64,000 bases of DNA from an uncultured Lachnospiraceae bacterium. GTDB taxonomy: Bacteria > Bacillota > Clostridia > Lachnospirales > Lachnospiraceae. The DNA lies in contig CANQDW010000003.1 in assembly GCA_947593975.1 (NCBI GenBank), positions 1,312 to 65,311 of the forward strand. Reading direction: 5' to 3'. This document shows, in pieces, positions 56,983 through 64,000 of the stretch. Each line of letters begins with the position of its first letter. Position 1 is the stretch's first letter. Below the pieces are notes generated by a model, which was given only the letters and a program-made list of their open reading frames with translations, did no database searches and was not told the DNA's origin. A program made the position numbers and the translations under genes.

Positions 56983-59286
56983 ATGAGGAAATATTTTTAT
57001 TTGTTTGTATTAATGGTAATGACCGCGGCATTTGCTGTACTTATGGCTGCATGTTCCAAAAAGGGCGAATATGTATCGGATGAATATGTGTTTGAAAAGA
57101 TACCGCTTAAGGCAGATGCCGGTAAGTATGCTTCTGAATATGAATACGGCATATCGCAGCTGTATATAGATCAGGAGGCCGGTACAGCGCTTAACGGAAA
57201 CGAACTGTATTATATACTGCAGCTTACGCTTTATAATCCTGAGGAATATAAAAATGAGCGCGGCAGATCCGTTACAAAATTATGCAGGTTCAATATCAAA
57301 ACGGGTGAAGATAACGAATTATTTGATCTGGAAGACGGGATATATATATACGGATTTCATGTTGATAGTGAAGACCGGTTAAGAATGGTATGTTCCGATT
57401 CCGATGATGTCTTAAGGCTTGTAACTTATACAATGACCGGCGAATGTATTTCCGATGTGAACCTTACGGATATAATATACGGAAAAAACGATAATAAGGG
57501 GATAAACACTGCCTTTTTGGCGGACGGGACATTGTATGCCCAGACGGGCGGCGAAGAAGGCGGATATATTTATAAGCTTGATCTTGATGGAAATATAGCG
57601 GGCGCAGTACCCGATGAGGGCCTTTATTTTAGCAATATGATCATAGATAATAACGGAAATGTCATAGATTACGAACTTAATGAAGAAGGTATCTGCTACA
57701 GGCATCTGGATTTTGACAAAGGAGAGGTAAGTCAGGGAAAAACCATACCTTTTGTAAATCCCGATAACGAAGATGAGAAATATGATTTTGGAAGCGGGAT
57801 AAATTCATCCCTGATAGACGGAAGCGGCGACACCACATTTTTTGTCAAGGAACTGGAAAAGCTGTATCAGTATAATGAAGATACGGGTGAATTAAAACCC
57901 GTGCTTAACTGGCTTGATACGGGGCTTGTCGGTGAGTTTGTAAAAAGCATGACGCCTATGGACGACGGAAGGTATTTCTGTATATGCAGTACGGAATCAG
58001 GCGCTGAGACCGCAGCCGGATTTATTAAAAAAGCGGATGAAAATGCTCCTGCGAAAAGGGTTATCACATGCGCGGCGGTAAATCCTGACAAAAAGCGCGC
58101 CTATGATCTTGAAAGCCGGATCGCAGATTATAATATGACTAGCGATAAATACAGGGTTGTGTATAAAAGTTATGCAAAGTCGGATAATCCCATATCAGAT
58201 TTTGCGCAGGATATAATATCCGGAGAAGTACCGGATGTGCTTGGGGTATCTTCGCTTGATATAAGAGAGTATATAAATAAGGGGCTTATGGAAGATCTGA
58301 GTCCGTACCTTAAGAAGGATGATACGCTTAATGAGGGGTATTTTGTGGACGGACTGCTTGATGCGTCGAAAATTGACGATAAAATATATTATCTTATAAG
58401 CGGGTTTGACCTTGAGACCATTGCCGCAAAAGCATCCGACGCAGGAAAATATAAAGACGGTTACACGTACGAGGACCTTCTTAAGTACTATCATTCAAAA
58501 CCTGAGGGCACAATGCTTAATACATATGAATCTAAAGAAAATATATTTGAAAGGTTTATCGGTTACGATATTGACAGTTATATAGACTGGGATACCGGTC
58601 AGATAAGTTTTGACAGTGAAAAATTCAGGAAAATGGCGGAATTCTGCAATGGATTCCCTGATGAAGCGGACATAGACATCTCATGGAAAGAGGTTTATGA
58701 AAAAATAAAGGACGGTACGATGCTTACCAATGACGCCTCTTGTTTTTATGATATGGGCATATTTATACGGTTAAATAAAAAGCTTTTCGATAATGACGCA
58801 GTCTATATAGGATATCCTTCGGAAGACGGCAGGGGCACATATATCAATCCGGACGCCGGCTCGCTGGCAATGACTTCTGTATCGGAAAATAAGGAAGGCG
58901 CATGGGATTTCATAAAATATATCATTACATCTCCGCCTGATCATTCGGCCGTTCTTCCGTCCGGTAAAAAAGAGTTTGAAAAGATCGTAAAAAAGTTTTC
59001 CGCAGCGGAACCATATGTTGATGAAAACGGACTTGTCGTGACGCCGTATAACGGCGGGGCAGGCGGTTATGAAGACTTTAGCGTGGAAGCCGCCCCTCTT
59101 ACGAAAGATGAGGTGCAGATCATATACGATCTTATAAAAGACAGCAAAGTAAAGACTGATAACAGCGAGATCGTTAATATGGTAAAGATAGCGCTTGGCG
59201 ATTATTTTAAAGGAAATAAGAGTCTTGATGATGCAATAGGCATTATACAGGACAGAGTAAAAAAATATGTAAATGAGAACAGATAA
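56983..59286 (+). CDS. Very large lipoprotein: beta-propeller-like N-region plus family-1 extracellular solute-binding domain
   Basis: Lipobox LMAAC; repeated beta-hairpin units; C-terminal GEVPDVL, GLMEDLSPYL, NKEGAWDFIKY. Confidence 0.78.
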   Translation: MRKYFYLFVLMVMTAAFAVLMAACSKKGEYVSDEYVFEKIPLKADAGKYASEYEYGISQLYIDQEAGTALNGNELYYILQLTLYNPEEYKNERGRSVTKLCRFNIKTGEDNELFDLEDGIYIYGFHVDSEDRLRMVCSDSDDVLRLVTYTMTGECISDVNLTDIIYGKNDNKGINTAFLADGTLYAQTGGEEGGYIYKLDLDGNIAGAVPDEGLYFSNMIIDNNGNVIDYELNEEGICYRHLDFDKGEVSQGKTIPFVNPDNEDEKYDFGSGINSSLIDGSGDTTFFVKELEKLYQYNEDTGELKPVLNWLDTGLVGEFVKSMTPMDDGRYFCICSTESGAETAAGFIKKADENAPAKRVITCAAVNPDKKRAYDLESRIADYNMTSDKYRVVYKSYAKSDNPISDFAQDIISGEVPDVLGVSSLDIREYINKGLMEDLSPYLKKDDTLNEGYFVDGLLDASKIDDKIYYLISGFDLETIAAKASDAGKYKDGYTYEDLLKYYHSKPEGTMLNTYESKENIFERFIGYDIDSYIDWDTGQISFDSEKFRKMAEFCNGFPDEADIDISWKEVYEKIKDGTMLTNDASCFYDMGIFIRLNKKLFDNDAVYIGYPSEDGRGTYINPDAGSLAMTSVSENKEGAWDFIKYIITSPPDHSAVLPSGKKEFEKIVKKFSAAEPYVDENGLVVTPYNGGAGGYEDFSVEAAPLTKDEVQIIYDLIKDSKVKTDNSEIVNMVKIALGDYFKGNKSLDDAIGIIQDRVKKYVNENR

Positions 59287-59357
59287 AAAAGGATATTTTT
59301 CTTTTTGCTTGTATTTTATATTATGGGACATAAAATATTGATTGCGGGGATGTTTCT

Positions 59358-60383
59358 ATGTTACAGGATTCGGGTATTACCATAAGGGAAAGGTTTGAGA
59401 AAAGAGAGCACGAGATATTAAGCCCTTATGCCGCTTTCAGCGATGAAAGCAGGGGACGCAGCCGTAATGAAGAACAGTGTGATATAAGGCCTGTGTACCA
59501 GAGGGACCGTGACAGGATACTGCACTGCAAAGCGTTTCGCAGGCTGAAGCAGAAAACGCAGGTGTTTCTGGCGCCGAGAGGCGACCATTATCGGACAAGG
59601 CTTACGCATACGCTTGAAGTATCGCAGAATGCAAGGACCATTGCAAAGGCATTAAGGCTTAACGAGGAGCTTACGGAAGCGATAGCGCTTGGGCATGATC
59701 TTGGACATACCCCATACGGGCACTGCGGCGAGCGGGTGCTTAATAAGCTTTGTCCCGGCGGATTTGCGCATAATAAGCAGAGCGTAAGGGTCGTTGAACT
59801 GCTGGAAAAAGACGGCGCCGGCCTTAATCTTACATATGAAGTACGAGACGGCATACTTAATCACCAGACGTCAGGGAATCCTTCCACGCTGGAAGGAAAG
59901 ATCGTCAGGTTTTCAGATAAGATCGCTTACATTAATTCGGATATTGACGATTCCATAAGGGCGCACATACTTAAAGAGGAAGATATACCGACGGAGTATA
60001 CTAAAATACTGGGAAATTCTATCAGGACGCGGCTTAACACACTTATCCACGACATCATACAAAACAGCGAGGGAAAAAACGATATCTGTATGTCGGATGA
60101 AGTGTATAGGGCTCTTATGGGACTGAGAAAATTTATGTTTGAAAACGTCTATACGAACCCTGCTGCCAAAGCGGAAGAAAAAAAGGCGGAAAATGTCGTA
60201 CAATATCTGTTTGAATATTATTGCGGACATATTAATGAGCTGCCTGAGGAATTTTATAACCTTATAATAAACGGAACGGACAAGGAAAGAGCCGTATGCG
60301 ATTATATAGCCTGCATGTCAGACATGTTTGCAACCAATACGTTTAAGCAGCTGAATATCCCAAGGACATGGAATATTCTCTGA
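59358..60383 (+). CDS. dgt: Deoxyguanosinetriphosphate triphosphohydrolase-like HD protein
   Basis: RDRDRILH..AFRRL..KTQV, RTRLTHTLEV, HDLGHTPYGH.GE. Confidence 0.95.
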   Translation: MLQDSGITIRERFEKREHEILSPYAAFSDESRGRSRNEEQCDIRPVYQRDRDRILHCKAFRRLKQKTQVFLAPRGDHYRTRLTHTLEVSQNARTIAKALRLNEELTEAIALGHDLGHTPYGHCGERVLNKLCPGGFAHNKQSVRVVELLEKDGAGLNLTYEVRDGILNHQTSGNPSTLEGKIVRFSDKIAYINSDIDDSIRAHILKEEDIPTEYTKILGNSIRTRLNTLIHDIIQNSEGKNDICMSDEVYRALMGLRKFMFENVYTNPAAKAEEKKAENVVQYLFEYYCGHINELPEEFYNLIINGTDKERAVCDYIACMSDMFATNTFKQLNIPRTWNIL

Positions 60384-60401
60384 CAGTTACGGAGGAAGTA
60401 A

Positions 60402-62168
60402 ATGTATTATCCCGATGAAACAGTAGAAGAAGTCAGAAGCAGAACAGATATTGTAGATCTTATATCTTCCTGTATCAATCTTAAGAGGCAGGGGGCTAAT
60501 TATGTCGGGCTGTGCCCGTTCCATAATGAAAAGACCCCTTCTTTTTCCGTGAGTCCGGCAAAACAGATGTATTATTGCTTCGGGTGCGGGGCAGGAGGAA
60601 ATGTCTTTACATTTGCCATGGAATATGATAATCTGACATTTCCCGAGGCCATACAGATGCTTGCGGCGCGAAGCGGGGTTGCGCTTCCCGAAGCAGATGA
60701 AAATGAAGAGCTTAGAAAAAAAGACAGTATAAAAAAACGCGTGTCGGATATACAAAAGGATGCCGGGGTTTTCTACTATTCGGTATTAAAATCGGATAAA
60801 GATACGGCAGGTTATGATTATTTTAAAAAGAGAGGACTTACCGACGAGACAATAAGGAAGTTCGGTCTCGGTTATTCCGGGAAAAGCGGAGAACTTTACC
60901 GTTATCTCAAAAAAAAGGGATACAGTGATAATGAACTTAACAAGTCGGGCCTGTTTACATTTGATGAAAGGAAAGGCGCGCGCGATAAATTTTGGAACCG
61001 GGTAATGTTTCCGATAATGGACGTAAATAACAGGGTTATAGCTTTCGGAGGACGGGTTATGGGAGATGCGCTCCCAAAATATCTCAATTCGCCCGAGACC
61101 GTGATCTTTGATAAAAGCCGCAATCTGTATGGGCTTAATTATGCAAAAAGGACAAGGCGGGGATATTTTATACTGTGCGAAGGCTATATGGATGTCATAA
61201 TGCTCCATCAGGCGGGATTTGAATGCGCATGCGCCTCGCTTGGCACGGCGCTTACGGGACTTCAGGCAAGGCTCATTAAAAGATATGTTAATCAGGTCAT
61301 AATATCATATGACAGCGACGGCGCAGGGAAAAAAGCTTCCTTAAGGGCAATACCGATACTTAAGGACGCGGGGCTTTCGGTAAAAGTGCTCGATATGTCG
61401 CCATATAAAGACCCTGATGAATTTATCAAGAATCTTGGTACGGATGAATATGAAAAGCGCATTGAAAATGCCCAGAACGGTTTTTATTTTGAGATAGCGG
61501 TGCTTGAACAGAATTATGACTTTTCGGATCCCGAGCAGAAAACGGAATTTTACAATGAAACGGCAAGAAAGCTGCTTGTATTTGAAGACGAACTTGAAAG
61601 AAATAATTATACCGAAGCCGTTGCGGCAAGATACAATATAAAATCCGAACAGCTTAAGCGGCTTGTTGCAAAACAGAGCGCAGATATTGCGGGGATACCT
61701 GTAACAACGCGCATGCAGCCTAAGCGCGGAAGAGACAAAAAAGAGGACGGAGTGGGACAGGCACAGGCTATGCTCCTTTCGTGGATGGCAAACGAACCGT
61801 ACATAACAGACAGGCTTAAGGGATATATAAGCGCGGACGATTTTTTTGAAGAGCCGTGTCACAGGCTTGCGGAATTGATCTTTTCGCAGTATGAAAATGA
61901 AGGCGCCATAATGCCGGCAAAGATTCTTAACAGCTTTAATGATGTAAATGAACAGAAGGCTGTTGCGAATATACTTAACCAAGATGTACCGGATCGCTTA
62001 GGCGATAAGTACGAAAGAGAAAAAGTACTGAATGAAATAGTAAAACGCATCAGAAAACAAAGTATTGACCGTATGACAAGGAATGCAACAAAACCTGAAG
62101 AGCTCCAGAGTCTGATGATTATGCGGGCCGATTTACAAAAATTGCATATTTCTTTGCAGGATGGTTAA
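60402..62168 (+). CDS. dnaG: DNA primase
   Basis: [11 protein letters not shown]...[24 protein letters not shown]. Confidence 0.98.
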   Translation: MYYPDETVEEVRSRTDIVDLISSCINLKRQGANYVGLCPFHNEKTPSFSVSPAKQMYYCFGCGAGGNVFTFAMEYDNLTFPEAIQMLAARSGVALPEADENEELRKKDSIKKRVSDIQKDAGVFYYSVLKSDKDTAGYDYFKKRGLTDETIRKFGLGYSGKSGELYRYLKKKGYSDNELNKSGLFTFDERKGARDKFWNRVMFPIMDVNNRVIAFGGRVMGDALPKYLNSPETVIFDKSRNLYGLNYAKRTRRGYFILCEGYMDVIMLHQAGFECACASLGTALTGLQARLIKRYVNQVIISYDSDGAGKKASLRAIPILKDAGLSVKVLDMSPYKDPDEFIKNLGTDEYEKRIENAQNGFYFEIAVLEQNYDFSDPEQKTEFYNETARKLLVFEDELERNNYTEAVAARYNIKSEQLKRLVAKQSADIAGIPVTTRMQPKRGRDKKEDGVGQAQAMLLSWMANEPYITDRLKGYISADDFFEEPCHRLAELIFSQYENEGAIMPAKILNSFNDVNEQKAVANILNQDVPDRLGDKYEREKVLNEIVKRIRKQSIDRMTRNATKPEELQSLMIMRADLQKLHISLQDG

Positions 62169-62196
62169 GTTATTAAAAGACAGGAGGACCTTATTG

Positions 62197-63315
62197 ATGG
62201 ATGAAAACATGGAGAAATTCACGGAAAAACTGAATGAGCTGATAAAACTTGCCAAGAAAGAAAAGAATCTTCTTATGCCTGACGAGATCAATAATTATTT
62301 TAAAGATATGAACCTCAGTCCCGATAAGATTGAGCAGATATATGACTATCTCGAAAAAAACGGCATTGAAGTACTCAGAATGACCGATGAGAATTCAGTG
62401 GTAGATGATGATATCATTATGGAGATGTCAACAGTCGAAGAGGAAGAAGATATAGAAAGCATTGATTTATCAGTACCTGAAGGAATCAGTATCGAAGATC
62501 CCGTAAGAATGTATCTTAAAGAAATAGGAAAGGTTCCTCTGCTTACGGCTGAAGAAGAAGTAGAGCTTGCAAAAAGGATGGAAGCCGGCGACGAAGACGC
62601 GAAGAAAAGGCTTGCCGAAGCAAATCTGCGTCTTGTAGTAAGCATTGCCAAGAGATATGTAGGACGCGGAATGCTTTTTCTTGACCTGATCCAGGAAGGC
62701 AATCTCGGACTTATTAAAGCGGTAGAAAAATTTGATTATAAAAAAGGATACAAATTCAGTACTTATGCGACATGGTGGATAAGACAGGCTATAACAAGGG
62801 CAATAGCAGACCAGGCAAGGACGATAAGGATCCCTGTCCATATGGTGGAGACTATCAACAAGCTCATAAGGGTGCAGAGACAGCTCCTTCAGGAACTCGG
62901 AAGGGAACCGTATCCGGAAGAGATAGCCGAGGAGATGCATCTTCCCGTTGAGCGTGTACGCGAAATACAGAAAATATCACAGGAACCTGTTTCTCTTGAA
63001 ACGCCTATAGGCGAAGAAGAGGACAGCCATCTCGGTGATTTCATACAGGATGAGAATGTACCTGTTCCTGCCGAGGCCGCAGCGTTTACGCTGTTAAAAG
63101 AACAGCTCAGCGAGGTGCTTGAAACGCTTACCGAAAGGGAACAGAAGGTATTAAGGCTCAGGTTCGGACTGGACGACGGACGTCAGAGAACGCTTGAAGA
63201 AGTGGGCACCGTATTTGAAGTAACCCGTGAGAGGATACGTCAGATAGAAGCCAAGGCACTCAGAAAACTGCGTCATCCGAGCAGGAGCAGAAAACTAAAG
63301 GATTATCTTGATTAG
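62197..63315 (+). CDS. rpoD: Primary sigma factor RpoD/SigA
   Basis: [50 protein letters not shown]. Confidence 0.99.
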   Translation: MDENMEKFTEKLNELIKLAKKEKNLLMPDEINNYFKDMNLSPDKIEQIYDYLEKNGIEVLRMTDENSVVDDDIIMEMSTVEEEEDIESIDLSVPEGISIEDPVRMYLKEIGKVPLLTAEEEVELAKRMEAGDEDAKKRLAEANLRLVVSIAKRYVGRGMLFLDLIQEGNLGLIKAVEKFDYKKGYKFSTYATWWIRQAITRAIADQARTIRIPVHMVETINKLIRVQRQLLQELGREPYPEEIAEEMHLPVERVREIQKISQEPVSLETPIGEEEDSHLGDFIQDENVPVPAEAAAFTLLKEQLSEVLETLTEREQKVLRLRFGLDDGRQRTLEEVGTVFEVTRERIRQIEAKALRKLRHPSRSRKLKDYLD

Positions 63316-63323
63316 GTGATAAT

Positions 63324-64000
63324 ATGCAGTTGTCAAAGAGACTTTATGCAGCCGCATCATTTGTGACAAAAGGAAGCGTGGTGGCAGATATCGGATGCGA
63401 CCACGCTTATACTTCGATATATATTGCAGAAAACGGGATCGCAAAGCGCGTCATTGCGGCGGATATAAACGAAGGCCCGGTAAGAACGGCAAAAGAAAAC
63501 GTAAAAGCCTGCGGTATGCAAAAGTACATTGAAGTAAGGCAGTCATGCGGACTTGAAAAGCTAAGGCCCGAAGATAATGTCGATACGCTTCTTATAAGCG
63601 GCATGGGCGGAAATCTGATCATAGATATACTTAAAGGCAATGCCCCTGTAATGGAAAATGTGAAAGAGCTTATACTGCAGCCGCAGTCTGACATTTACCG
63701 CGTAAGGCATTTTTTGCATGATACGCATTTTAAGATAGACGCGGAGAAAATGATTTATGACAACGAAAAATATTATACCGTAATAAAAGCGGTAAGAGGA
63801 ACGCAGACATTCGATAACGAATATGAATATATATATGGAAGATATCTTATTGATAACCGGGATGAGATATTTATGCGTTATCTTAAGAAACTGTACGCAT
63901 CAAATTTAAGCATCATAGACAGCCTTAACAAGCGGGATTCAGAGACTCAGGCGCAAAGGCGCATGCAGCTTATAAGCGATAATGAGATAATATCAAAGCT
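63324..64000 (+). CDS. trmK: tRNA (adenine(22)-N1)-methyltransferase TrmK, 3' truncated by window edge
   Basis: My translation (absent from the ORF track): MQLSKRL...VADIGCDHAY...DINEGP...ISGMGG...ILQPQS; open to the window end. Confidence 0.93.
   Translation, partial: MQLSKRLYAAASFVTKGSVVADIGCDHAYTSIYIAENGIAKRVIAADINEGPVRTAKENVKACGMQKYIEVRQSCGLEKLRPEDNVDTLLISGMGGNLIIDILKGNAPVMENVKELILQPQSDIYRVRHFLHDTHFKIDAEKMIYDNEKYYTVIKAVRGTQTFDNEYEYIYGRYLIDNRDEIFMRYLKKLYASNLSIIDSLNKRDSETQAQRRMQLISDNEIISK

Noticed and set aside
63407-63694. 95-aa minus-strand ORF
   Set aside because: Antisense to the real plus-strand trmK gene, which the ORF track missed because it has no stop in the window.

Overview
About 64 kb of core chromosome from a spore-forming, probably xylan-degrading clostridial bacterium. 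Gene order and protein style suggest Lachnospiraceae; this is inferred, not searched. I found no mobile elements, CRISPR arrays, rRNA or prophage. In order, the window holds: a MarR-CBS fusion (5' truncated); tRNA-Glu(CTC); the rimP-nusA-rnpM-ylxQ-infB-rbfA-nrnA-truB-ribF operon; an acyltransferase-3; yqfC-yqfD-phoH-ybeY; a DUF3048 lipoprotein; a MurJ/SpoVB-like flippase; a secreted GH10 xylanase; an ABC operon combining two sugar-importer-type permeases, an efflux-type adaptor and a MacB-like protein, with no ATPase; tyrS; a radical-SAM pair with RNase E/G; an Fe-ADH; traX-phosphoesterase-scpAB; a gltB-gltD-glnA-like-ANTAR-carA-carB operon; a secreted CE1-like esterase; degV; a DUF2752/Zn-ribbon/DUF5685/J-domain group around hisS; serS; maf; D-LDH; an aminotransferase; queH; a very large solute-binding lipoprotein; and dgt-dnaG-rpoD-trmK. 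The strongest candidate for an undescribed system is the nitrogen operon. Its glutamine synthetase homologue has lost most metal-binding and catalytic residues and lies directly before an ANTAR protein whose receiver domain lacks the phospho-Asp. The operon leader carries two ANTAR-type hexaloop hairpins, one burying the gltB ribosome-binding site. This suggests a pseudo-enzyme Gln/Glu sensor coupled to an RNA-binding regulator. The second candidate is the importer/exporter hybrid ABC operon. All family assignments come from motif recognition by eye; no databases were run.
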